Shown here piece by piece: positions 9,115 to 18,178 of a stretch of 64,000 bases of DNA. Under the pieces are notes generated by a model, which had not been told where the DNA came from, did no database searches, and was given only the letters and a program-made list of their open reading frames with translations. The stretch is taken from the NCBI GenBank assembly GCA_963767925.1, contig CAVYGB010000013.1, forward strand, positions 209,830-273,829, in the 5' to 3' direction. This DNA comes from an uncultured delta proteobacterium (GTDB lineage: Bacteria > Myxococcota_A > Polyangia > Fen-1088). The first letter of the stretch is position 1; each line of letters opens with the position of its first letter. A program made the translations under genes and the position numbers.

Positions 9115-10376
9115 AGCCCCGCGGCAGGCTTGTCGGCCACCGACTGGCGGAGCGACTTCTTGGCCACCACGTCGAACCCGTCGCTGGCTCCCGCCCGGGT
9201 GGCGGCGGCCGCGTCGGCGTCGAGGTGGGCCTTGCGCTTGCGAGACAGCTCCGCGATCCGGCGGGCGATGTCGGAGCGCTCCTTCTGCTTGGCGGCCAGG
9301 GTGGCCTTCTGCTCGGCGGGCGCCTGGTTGCGCAGCTCGACCGGCAGCTCGTCGCGCGACAGGTCGTCCAGCTTGACCGTCCCCTCGCGGGCCGCCTCCA
9401 GCAGGTCGCCCTTGCCCCCCACCGCCTTGCCCCTGGCGATGAGAAACTGTGCCCGCTCGGCCTTCACCGAGGCGGGCGCCAGCGAGGCCACCGTGCGCGC
9501 CGCCGAGACGGCGCCCCGGTGCACGCCGTACCCCAGGGCGGTGGCGCCCAGCTCGTCGTGCAGGCGGGCCAGCTCCTCGTCGTAGGGCGTCCGCTCGTCG
9601 CGCATGCCGCCGTCCTGCTCGATCGACAGGAACTGCCCCCGGCCCAGCCGGGCGATCTGGCGCCAGACCGTCTCGGTCTGCAGGTCGCCGCCGCAGCGGA
9701 CGGCGTGGACCTGGATCCCCTTGCCCGCCGCGGCCCGGGCCGCCCGCTGGTAGTCGAAGCCGTCCTGGTAGTCGGTGTGGGGCGGAGCATCCCCGACCAG
9801 GTAGACGATCTTAACCACGTCGCTGTCGGGGGCCCAGCTCATCTCGTGCACCGCCTCGTGCAGCGCGCGCCCCACGTGTTCGGGGGTGTCGCCGCCGCCG
9901 TCGGCCCGGAAGCGCTGCAGGCGCTGGTAGACCCGGTCGAGGTCGTCGTCCAGGTCGTGCCGGCGGGTGACGTAGGCGTCGCCGCGATCGCGGTAGGCCA
10001 CCAGCCCGACCCGCAGCTCCGGGGTGGGCTGTCCCTGGGCCACGAAGCTCGCCAGGCTCCAGATCTTCCGCTTGGCCCCCTCGAGGAGCCCGCTCATCGA
10101 GCCGGTCGTGTCGAGGGCGAAGACCAGCTCGACCCGGGGGCGCCTGACGACCGCGGGCGGGACCGGCGCGAGCTGGGGCGGGTCGACCCGCACGATGGGT
10201 CCGCTCGGCGCCGGCGGCGGCTGCGCCGGCGTGTGCCGGGCGCCGGCGGCCAGCGCCAGGCCGGTTGTGATCAGCGCGGCGGCGACCAGCGCGTGGCTGA
10301 GGGCGCGGCGTCGGGGCGGGGCAGGGGGCGGGGCGTCGATCGAGGTGGGGGCGGGTGGGTTGCTCGGGTCCGGCAT
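9105..10376 (-). CDS. von Willebrand factor A domain protein (secreted or anchored)
   Basis: MIDAS motif FALDTTGSM; GLVAYRD; GGGDTPE; LVGDAPPH; N-terminal hydrophobic segment. Confidence 0.9.
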   Translation of the reverse strand: MPDPSNPPAPTSIDAPPPAPPRRRALSHALVAAALITTGLALAAGARHTPAQPPPAPSGPIVRVDPPQLAPVPPAVVRRPRVELVFALDTTGSMSGLLEGAKRKIWSLASFVAQGQPTPELRVGLVAYRDRGDAYVTRRHDLDDDLDRVYQRLQRFRADGGGDTPEHVGRALHEAVHEMSWAPDSDVVKIVYLVGDAPPHTDYQDGFDYQRAARAAAGKGIQVHAVRCGGDLQTETVWRQIARLGRGQFLSIEQDGGMRDERTPYDEELARLHDELGATALGYGVHRGAVSAARTVASLAPASVKAERAQFLIARGKAVGGKGDLLEAAREGTVKLDDLSRDELPVELRNQAPAEQKATLAAKQKERSDIARRIAELSRKRKAHLDADAAAATRAGASDGFDVVAKKSLRQSVADKPAAGLKL

Positions 10377-10437
10377 GGCGAGGCTCCTTTCGCGTTCCGG
10401 GCCTCGAACGCACGCCCCCCCCGGAAAGATCTGCGCC

Positions 10438-11790
10438 TCAGGAAGGGCGCGCCGGCGCGGGCGTTGGCGCTGCGGGCCGCCCGTCCGGGCGGGGCGGCAA
10501 CACCGGGGTGGTGGTCTGCAGCATCCCGTCCAGGCGGACCTCTCCGGTGATCAGGCGCGCGCCCCGCCGGAAGAACAGGTACGAGTAGGCCCAGTCGATC
10601 ATCACCAGCAGGCGGTTGCGGAACCCGATGAGAAAGTAGAGGTGGATGAACAGCCAGCCGAGCCAGGCGAGAAGGCCGGTCACGGGCAGCCGGTCGAGCA
10701 GCCTGCCCACCGCCGCGCCCCGGCCGATGACGGCGAAGCTCCCCTTGTCGAAGTAGCGGAACGGCGCCCGCGGGCGGCGGGCCAGCGCCCGCTTGATGGT
10801 GCGGGCCACGTGCCGGCCGCTCTGGATGGCCGCCGGCGACACGCCGGGGACCGGCTTGCCGTCCTGGGTGATGGCCGCCAGATCGCCCACCACGAACACC
10901 TCGTCGTGTCCCGGGATGCTGAGGTCGGGCTGCACCACCACCCGGCCGGCGCGGTCGAGCGGGACCCCCAGCGAGCGGCCCAGCGGCGAGGCCGCCACCC
11001 CGGCCGCCCACAACACCGTGCGGGCGGCCAGCCGCTCGCCCCCCATCTCCACCCCCGCGAGATCGATGTCGGTGACCCGCTGGCCCAGCCGCAGCTCGAT
11101 CCCCAGCTTCACCAGGCGGCGCTCGGCCGCGCGCGAGAGCTTCTCGGGGTAGGAGGGCAACACCCGCGGCTCGCCCTCCACCAGCACGATGCGGGTCTGG
11201 GCCGGGTCGATGCTGCGGAACTCGCCCCGCAGGCTCTGCCGCGCGATCTCGGATAGCGCCCCCGCCAGCTCGACGCCGGTGGGGCCCGCGCCGATGATGA
11301 CGAAGGTCATGAAGGCCCGCCGCTCGTCCGGGTCGGTGCTGCGCTCGGCGGCCTCGAAGGCGAGAAAGACCCGGCGCCGGATCTCGAGCGCGTCCTCGAT
11401 GCTCTTGAGCCCGGGCGCCGCCGGGGCCCAGGTGTCCTTGCCGAAGTAGGAGTGGGTGACTCCGGTGGCGAGCACGAGGAAGTCGTAGGGCAGGTCGGCG
11501 CCGTCGTCCAGGTGCACCCGGCGGGCGGCGGCGTCGACCCGGGTCGCCTCGCCCAGCAGGACGCGCACGTTCTTCTGCCGGCGCAGGACGCTGCGGATCG
11601 GTACGGCGATGTCGCTGGGGTTCAGGGTCGCGGTGGCGACCTGGTAGAGCAGCGGCTGGAACAGGTGGTGGTTGCGCCGATCCACCAGCGTGATCTCCAC
11701 CGGCTCGCGCGCGAGCGCGCGGGCGGCATACAGCCCGCCGAAGCCGCCGCCGACGATCACCACCCGAGGCCGCTCGATCCCCTGGTCCAT
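10438..11790 (-). CDS. ndh: Type II NADH:quinone oxidoreductase
   Basis: VVIVGGGFGG, HHLFQPLLYQVATA, GAGPTGVELAG, WAAGV, FRYFDKGS. Confidence 0.92.
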   Translation of the reverse strand: MDQGIERPRVVIVGGGFGGLYAARALAREPVEITLVDRRNHHLFQPLLYQVATATLNPSDIAVPIRSVLRRQKNVRVLLGEATRVDAAARRVHLDDGADLPYDFLVLATGVTHSYFGKDTWAPAAPGLKSIEDALEIRRRVFLAFEAAERSTDPDERRAFMTFVIIGAGPTGVELAGALSEIARQSLRGEFRSIDPAQTRIVLVEGEPRVLPSYPEKLSRAAERRLVKLGIELRLGQRVTDIDLAGVEMGGERLAARTVLWAAGVAASPLGRSLGVPLDRAGRVVVQPDLSIPGHDEVFVVGDLAAITQDGKPVPGVSPAAIQSGRHVARTIKRALARRPRAPFRYFDKGSFAVIGRGAAVGRLLDRLPVTGLLAWLGWLFIHLYFLIGFRNRLLVMIDWAYSYLFFRRGARLITGEVRLDGMLQTTTPVLPPRPDGRPAAPTPAPARPS

Positions 11791-11845
11791 GGTTGCAAAC
11801 TTAGCGGGCCGAGGCAGGCGCTTCCACTCCGGGGCGGTCGCTGAT

Positions 11846-13021
11846 TCAGGCTGAAGCCGGAAGGTGCCCCCTCGATTTTCCGCCTGCTGGACCTGCGGGA
11901 GCCGGCGGGGTGACGCCCAGCTCGAGCACGAGCTGGGCGCCGCCGCCGGGCCGGTTGCTGGCCCGGACCGAGCCGCCGTGAGCCCGGGCGATGCGGGCCA
12001 CCAGGGCCAGGCCCAGGCCCAGCGAGGGGGCCGCCAGGCCGGCGCCGGGAGCGTCGTCCGGGCCGGCCCCGCTCTTCACGAAGGGGCGGAACAGGTCATC
12101 GAGGCGTTCGGGGGAGAAGCCCGGCCCCCGATCGAGCACCTCGAACACGACGAAGCCCGGGCGGGTGCTCACCTCCAGCCGCTCCAGCCCGCCCCCGTGG
12201 TTGCCCGCGTTGTGGAGCAGGTTGGCCAGGGCCCGGCCGACCAGGGTGGGGTCAGCGGAGAAGGGCGCCGCCGGCAGCGCGCTCGCGAGACGATCGGCGG
12301 GCAGCCCGACGGGCTCGAGGGCCCGCCGGGCGGCGTCGACCGCGTCGAGCGGCCGGGGGGAGAGGGCCTGGAAGTCGAGCCGGGCCGAGGCCAGCAGCTC
12401 GCCCACGAGCTGATCCATCTCGAGCAGCTCGCGCTCGAGGTCGTTCCAGGTGCGGGCGCTGGGGCCCTGGTCCCGGGCGATGTCGAGCAGGACGCGCAGG
12501 TGCCCGAGGGGCGTGCGCAGCTCGTGCGACACCCCCGCCAGCAGCTCGCGCTGGTCGGCGATCTGGCGCTCGATGCGGCCGGCCATGTCGTTCATCGCCC
12601 GGGCCAGGATGGCGATCTCGTCGATCCCGGCGCAGGCCTGCTGGGCCCGGGCGGCGAGGTTGCCCCGGCCGATCGCGCCGGCCACCTCCACCAGCTCGTC
12701 GAGCGGCCGGGCGATGCGGCGGGCGATCTTCCCCGAGAGCACCCAGAGCGCCATCACGGGCAGGGCCACCACCAGCAGCCGGCTCGGCGGCTGGTCGCCC
12801 AGCCGGTGCGACAGCCGGAGCGCCCCGCCCACGACGAGGACGGTGATGAAGATGGCCGCCCCGAACCAGAAGAACAGCCGCCGGCGCAGATGGGAGGCGG
12901 TGTAGTGGCGCAGGTTGTCCCGCCAGCGCCAGCGATGGTGGTGATGGTGGTGGTCGTGGTCGCGGTGGTGGTGGCGGTGCCAGGGGTCGTGCCGCCAGGG
13001 CGGGCCAGACCAGTTCCTCAT
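11846..13021 (-). CDS. HAMP-domain sensor histidine kinase with His-rich N-terminus
   Basis: H-box VSHELRTPL, N-box NLLHNA, DRGPG, GLGLA; two TM helices. Confidence 0.92.
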   Translation of the reverse strand: MRNWSGPPWRHDPWHRHHHRDHDHHHHHHRWRWRDNLRHYTASHLRRRLFFWFGAAIFITVLVVGGALRLSHRLGDQPPSRLLVVALPVMALWVLSGKIARRIARPLDELVEVAGAIGRGNLAARAQQACAGIDEIAILARAMNDMAGRIERQIADQRELLAGVSHELRTPLGHLRVLLDIARDQGPSARTWNDLERELLEMDQLVGELLASARLDFQALSPRPLDAVDAARRALEPVGLPADRLASALPAAPFSADPTLVGRALANLLHNAGNHGGGLERLEVSTRPGFVVFEVLDRGPGFSPERLDDLFRPFVKSGAGPDDAPGAGLAAPSLGLGLALVARIARAHGGSVRASNRPGGGAQLVLELGVTPPAPAGPAGGKSRGHLPASA

Positions 13022-13353
13022 CGGTCGTCACTCCGGTCGTCGCCCCGGGCCAGCACGTAGCCTACCCCCCGCACGGTCTTGATCAGGCGGGGCGCCCGCG
13101 GGTCGTCGCCCAGCTTGCGCCGCAGGTGCGAGACGTGGACGTCGACCGTGCGGTCGCTGACCGCGACGTCGCCCCGGCCCGCCAGCTCGAGCAGGGTCTC
13201 GCGCGGCACCACCCGCCCGGCCCGCCGGACCAGGGCCACCAGGATGTCGAACTCCAGGCCGGTGAGGTCGAGCGGGGTACCGCCGCGCCGGGCGGCCCTG
13301 GCGTCGAGGTCGATGGCCAGGTCCCCCACGACGATCTCCTGCGCCGCCCCCAC
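13018..13353 (-). pseudogene. OmpR-family response regulator fragment (winged-helix domain only; no receiver domain)
   Basis: LTGLEFDIL, RTVDVHVSHLRRKL, IKTVRGVGY; no receiver domain in frame upstream. Confidence 0.75.
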
Positions 13354-13384
13354 CGCGGATCGTGAAGAAGTGTGAAGCCGCGTC

Positions 13385-13431
13385 CGTGCACGGGATCCGT
13401 CAGCCGTGCACGTGCACGGCTGACGTGCACG
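13385..13431. repeat. GTGCAC-based palindromic element, copy 1
   Basis: Perfect 28-bp palindrome CGTCAGCCGTGCACGTGCACGGCTGACG at 13398-13425; shares CGTGCACG(G)GATCCGTCAGsCGTGCACG with 20716-20742. Confidence 0.85.
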
Positions 13432-13443
13432 AATCTCTCCGCC

Positions 13444-14766
13444 TCACCAGCGGACGGGCACCGGGCTGGCCGAGAAACGCCCCCGCTCCACGGTCGCCGG
13501 TGCGTCGCCGAGCTGCCCGGCGTGGTTCTGCCCCCAGCAGGCGACCAATCCGTCAGCCAGGATGACGCAGGTGTGCTGGGCGCTCGACCCTCCCCCCAGC
13601 GCCACCACCGGTCCGGGCAAGCCGGTCACGACGGCCGGCGCCCGCACCTCCTCCTCGCTGGTCCCGGGCGCCGGGCCAACCTGGCCCAGGCTGTTGAGCC
13701 CGAAGCAGGCCACGGCCCCGTCGGCCCGCAGGGCGCAGGTGTGGCTGGCCCCCGCGCTCAGCTCGGTCACCGCCGCGGAGAGCGCGGTGGCGCTGCCAAA
13801 CGGGGGCACGTCGACCGTGTCGCTGGGGGTGCCGCCCAGGCCGAGCTGGCCGTAGTAGCGCTCGCCCCAGCAGGAGAAGGTCCCGGCGGCGTGGCGGACG
13901 CAGGCGTGGTCCGCCCCGACGGTGAGCTGCTGGACGTCCCCCAGCGGGTTGCAGACCGGGCTGGCGTAGATGTTGATGGCGTCCGAAGCGGTCACCAGGT
14001 GGGTGCCGTTGTGGCCCCAGGCGCACAGGCGATCGCCGCCCCCCGGGCCGTCGTGGCTGACCACGGTCAGGCCAGCGCCCAGAAAGATCGGGGGGCTGGG
14101 GTTGGCCAGCAGCGCCGCGGCGCTGGCGGTGACCTCCGGGGGCCGGGCGAGCGAGCCCTGGTCGTTGCGCCCCCAGCAGAACGTCCCCTCGCCGTTGGCG
14201 GCGCAGGCGAAGCTGCGGCCGACGGCGACCTGGCGCACGTCCGCCAGACGGCTGCCGTCCTCGCGGGTCACCGCGATGGCCTGGTTGCCCCAGCAGCGGA
14301 CCTGGCGCTCGCGGCTGATGGCACAGGTCTGGTGGGTGCCGGCCGACAGGGCCAGGGGCGCGCGGGGCTCGGCCAGGAAGCTCGGGCGCACAACCGCGTT
14401 GCCGCCAGCGTTGATCGACTCGGCCAGCCCCCAGCAGGAGACCTGCCCGTCCCGGTGGGCCGCGCAGGTGTGGAAAGCCCCCGCCACCACCTGCACGACC
14501 GCGCTCACGCAGGTGCGCGAGGCGACCCCGCAGAAGTTGTCGGGCGGGCAGGGCGCTCCCTCCGCGCAGGAGCGGGCGTCGGGGGCGGCCGGGGCGCCGT
14601 CGTGCGTCTCCCCGGACGTCCCGTCGGGCGTGGCTGCGTCCCCGCCGCCGCTATCCTCGCCGCCCGGCCCGGCCGGGGAGCAGGCGCCGAAAATGAGAAA
14701 CCCGATCGCCACGGCCTGCGCGGCGATCGGGTCGAGGGTCAGACGGTTCGGGATGTTAGCCCGCAA
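13444..14766 (-). CDS. RCC1/BLIP-II repeat lipoprotein
   Basis: Repeated GxxHTCA...CWG.N..GQLG; lipobox-like FGAC; start uncertain (TTG overlapping the upstream stop). Confidence 0.88.
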   Translation of the reverse strand: MRANIPNRLTLDPIAAQAVAIGFLIFGACSPAGPGGEDSGGGDAATPDGTSGETHDGAPAAPDARSCAEGAPCPPDNFCGVASRTCVSAVVQVVAGAFHTCAAHRDGQVSCWGLAESINAGGNAVVRPSFLAEPRAPLALSAGTHQTCAISRERQVRCWGNQAIAVTREDGSRLADVRQVAVGRSFACAANGEGTFCWGRNDQGSLARPPEVTASAAALLANPSPPIFLGAGLTVVSHDGPGGGDRLCAWGHNGTHLVTASDAINIYASPVCNPLGDVQQLTVGADHACVRHAAGTFSCWGERYYGQLGLGGTPSDTVDVPPFGSATALSAAVTELSAGASHTCALRADGAVACFGLNSLGQVGPAPGTSEEEVRAPAVVTGLPGPVVALGGGSSAQHTCVILADGLVACWGQNHAGQLGDAPATVERGRFSASPVPVRW

Positions 14767-16099
14767 ACCCCGGCAGCGGGCCCTTGTTCCAGGCGGCGGT
14801 GCCGACGGTGTTCACCTTCATGCCGAAGGAGTGGGCGATGCTGAGGTACAGGTCGTTGTGGTTGCGGTCGTTGCACTCGAGGACCCGGCCGGTCTTCCAG
14901 TGGCCGGCCCCGCCGCCCGCCACGACGAAGGGGGTGTTGAACTTCGGGTGGTCCATGATGGCGAACTGCACCTGGGTGCTGGTGCCGTTCTGGGTGCTCA
15001 GCACCACCGCGGTGTTGTCGAGCAGCGAGTAAGCCCCGTCGGCGTAGGACTTCAGCTTCTGAACGAAGTAGGTGAACTGCTCGGCCATGAAGGCCTGCAC
15101 CTTGATCATCTTCTGGCCCTCGCCCGCCTTGGGGTTGCCGTGCGAGGAGGAGTGCCAGTTGCCCATGCCGATGCCGTTGAAGGAGACCGGCTCGTCGCAC
15201 TGACCGCCGCCCCACATGTTGGCCGAGACCCGCACCACCCCGCAGGCCAGGCCCATGGCGATGGTGTCGAGGTAGAGCTTGTTCACCGCGGGCATGTCGT
15301 TGACCCGGGTGTTCTGGCTGAGCATCGCCGGGGGGCCCGGGATCTTGGTGCACTGGGCGCTGGGCGTGATCCCGGGCGGCAACACGTTGCCCCCGATCTC
15401 CCGCTCGAGCGTGCGCAGCGAGTCCAGGTAGAAGTCGAACTTCGACTTCTCGGTGCCGCCGAGGCGGCCGGAGAAGCGGTTGACGTCCTCCCGCACGAAG
15501 TCGAGGAGGCTCTTGCGCAGCAGCAGCGCCTTCTCGGTGCCGACCGGGGTGACCATCGGGGGGGTGCCCACCGAGGGCGGGGTGGCCCCGGCGACAACCC
15601 GCTCGGCGATGCGCGAGTAGGCCGCCACCGGGTTGCGGGCGCCGTTCATGAAGGCCCCGTTCCGCTGCGACAGGCTCTCGATGCGACCGCCGCCGCCGCC
15701 GGTCTGACCGATCGAGATCTCCAGCGAGGGGACCGGGGTCTTGACGTGGTCGGCCAGCACCTGATCGAAGCTGATCTGGGTGTTGCCCGCGCCGAGCGCC
15801 GAGAACGAGGTGCTGCGGTGGGAGTTCCCGCTGCCCCGCTCGAGGCGCAGGTTCTTGAGGATGACGATGTCCTTGCGGATCGCCTCCATCGGCGCCAGGT
15901 GGGGCGAGAGGACGAAGTTTTCGCCCGCGCCCGTGGGCGCCCAGTCCGGGTGGGAGCCGTTGGCGTAGAAGAAGAAGACCGCCCGGGCGCGCCGGGGCGC
16001 TTCCTGGGCGTACAGCGTCTTGGACATGCTCGAGAGCAACACCGACCCCGCGCCGAGGCCCCGCAACAACGATCGTCGGGAGAACTTGTTTGAGCGCAT
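14756..16099 (-). CDS. DUF1552 family protein (Tat substrate)
   Basis: SRRSLLRGLG twin-Arg; SFDQVLA; YLDSLRTLE; SLLDNTAVV; PFVVAGG. Confidence 0.88.
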   Translation of the reverse strand: MRSNKFSRRSLLRGLGAGSVLLSSMSKTLYAQEAPRRARAVFFFYANGSHPDWAPTGAGENFVLSPHLAPMEAIRKDIVILKNLRLERGSGNSHRSTSFSALGAGNTQISFDQVLADHVKTPVPSLEISIGQTGGGGGRIESLSQRNGAFMNGARNPVAAYSRIAERVVAGATPPSVGTPPMVTPVGTEKALLLRKSLLDFVREDVNRFSGRLGGTEKSKFDFYLDSLRTLEREIGGNVLPPGITPSAQCTKIPGPPAMLSQNTRVNDMPAVNKLYLDTIAMGLACGVVRVSANMWGGGQCDEPVSFNGIGMGNWHSSSHGNPKAGEGQKMIKVQAFMAEQFTYFVQKLKSYADGAYSLLDNTAVVLSTQNGTSTQVQFAIMDHPKFNTPFVVAGGGAGHWKTGRVLECNDRNHNDLYLSIAHSFGMKVNTVGTAAWNKGPLPGFAG

Positions 16100-16114
16100 G
16101 TGATTCAGCCTCGC

Positions 16115-17819
16115 CTAATTCTTACGAGCCATGAAGCTCGGGGTGTTGATGACACTGAGGATGAGGGTATCGAGCTTGTAGCCAGACTTCTCGAACTCGT
16201 CCGAGACGATCTGGCGCTCGCACTCCTTGACCTCGCTGAGCTTGCGCCCGGTGGCGTAGGTCAGGTACTGCGAGGAGAAGCAGCTGTAGAGGTCCTTGGT
16301 GTTCGAGAGCTTGTCGACGAGGTCGACGAAGTTCTTGAACTCGAGGACGGTGCCGTCGCTCGGCAGCGGGACCGAGCCCGAAGGATCGAGGGGCTTGCCC
16401 TTGTCGGTGGTGCGGAAGCGGCCGATGGCGTCGTAAGACTCCATCGCGAAGCCGAGCCCGTCGAACAGGAAGTGGCAGGCCGAGCAGGCCGGCTCGGTCG
16501 AGTGCAGGGCGAACTTCTCCCGGCCGGTCATGTCCGCGGTGGCGAACATCGGGTCGAGCGCGGCGGCGGCGCCCTCGGGCGGCGGCGGCACCGACGCGCA
16601 GAGGATCTCCTCGCGGAAGTAGCGCCCGCGGTCGACCAGGGCGGTGCCGTCGGGGTCGGCGTGGGCGGCCATGAAGGAGGCCAGGGTCAAGAATCCCGCG
16701 GCGCTGGGTCGGGTCGAGCTCGGTGCGGGTGAGGGCGTCGCCGGTCACGTTCTGGACGCCGTACAGGGGGGCGGTGCGGGCGTTGACGAACCCGTAGCTG
16801 CCGGTGAACAGGGTCTTGAAGCTCTTGTCAGCGCCGGGGTCGAAGATGACGCTGTTGAGGTAGAGCCGCGTCTCCTCGGCCAGGTCGGAGGCGACCTCCT
16901 TGCTGTAGAGCGAGAACAGCTCCGGATCTTCGTCCTTCTCCAGCAGGTTCTCGATGAAGAGCCACTGCTGCAGGAAGTTGTGGAGGCTGGCCGAGGCCTT
17001 GTCCTTGGTCCCGAGGAGGCGCATGGCCTGCTCGGCGAGGACGCTCTTGCTGCGCAGCTTGCCCTCGCGCGCGAGGTCCAGCAAGGTGGCGTCGGGCGCC
17101 GTGTCCCAGAGGGTGTACGACAGCGCGGAGGCCAGCTCGTAGTCGGTCAGGTAGGTGACCGCGCCGGCCTGCTGGGTGTGCCCCAGCTCCGACCGGAAGA
17201 GGAAGTTCGGCGACATGAAGAAGGCCTGCACCACGGTGCGCAGCCCCGCCTCGGGCGCCTCGCCTTCCTGGGCGGTCTTGTTGTAGAGGGCCGTGAGCGA
17301 GGCCAGCTCGACCTCGGTCGGCGGGCGCCGCCACATCTTCAGCGCGAAGGCGCCGAGGAAGTCCTTGAGACAGGTCCCGGTGCCGAGGCCCGCCATCCCG
17401 TTCGGGCACTTGACGAACTCGGCGCCGCGACCGAGGACGTTGTCGGCCAGCTCCTCGCCGACCTTGTAGAACTGGTCGGCCAGCAGGCCGTCGATGGGGA
17501 GGTTGTCGGCCCGGTTGGCGAAGCCATCCAGCCGGTTCAGGGAGGGGAGCTTGTCCAGGGTCCCCGGGTTCGCGCCGAGCGCGTCGCGCAGGGTGTTCTT
17601 CATCTGGAGGGTCGTGAGCCGCCACACGCGCGGGCGGGCCAGGGTGGCCTCGCTGCAGGTGCCCACCGCCACCGGCGGGGGGTTGACCGGCGGTCGGCTC
17701 GGGTCCGAAGACGAAGACGGGGAAGGGTTGGCAGAGTTGCCGGCCGTCCCGGCCGGGATCTCGCCGACGCAGGCGATTGGCGCCAGGAATAGCACCAGGA
17801 TGGAACCTAGAAACTTCAT
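16115..17819 (-). pseudogene. DUF1587/1595/1592/1588/1585 lipoprotein, frameshifted near 16690
   Basis: RLTTLQMKNTLRD, SPNFLFRSE, YELASALSY, RRGIL in one frame; TLASFMAAHA...CSACH...YDAIGRFR in another; one extra base at the junction. Confidence 0.85.
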
Positions 17820-18178
17820 GAAATCAGCCTCCGTTGGATGCTGCAGGTCTACACCGCCCCCGAGTGCTCGGCCCCGCTGACGCTGCTACCAGTGCAAGCC
17901 ACAAATGCCCAATCCGCTGCAGGAATGACGAACCCGTGAGGGATGCCGCGACGCGACTTCAAACGTATATCGGTACTATACTATTCGTGCGGGAACGGCC
18001 GGTTGCTTAAAAAAGAAGGCCCTCGCCCGCGGCGGGAGCCGCACGTCTGGACGCATCGGGACAAAACCGTGGGGATGGAGAGGGGCCTCACCCGTGATCA
18101 AGTGACCCGGGGCGCCTGCCAGCGCCCCCCGCGGTACCACGGCTCGGACACCGGACGCCTCCGAGGGTCCGGGGCTGA

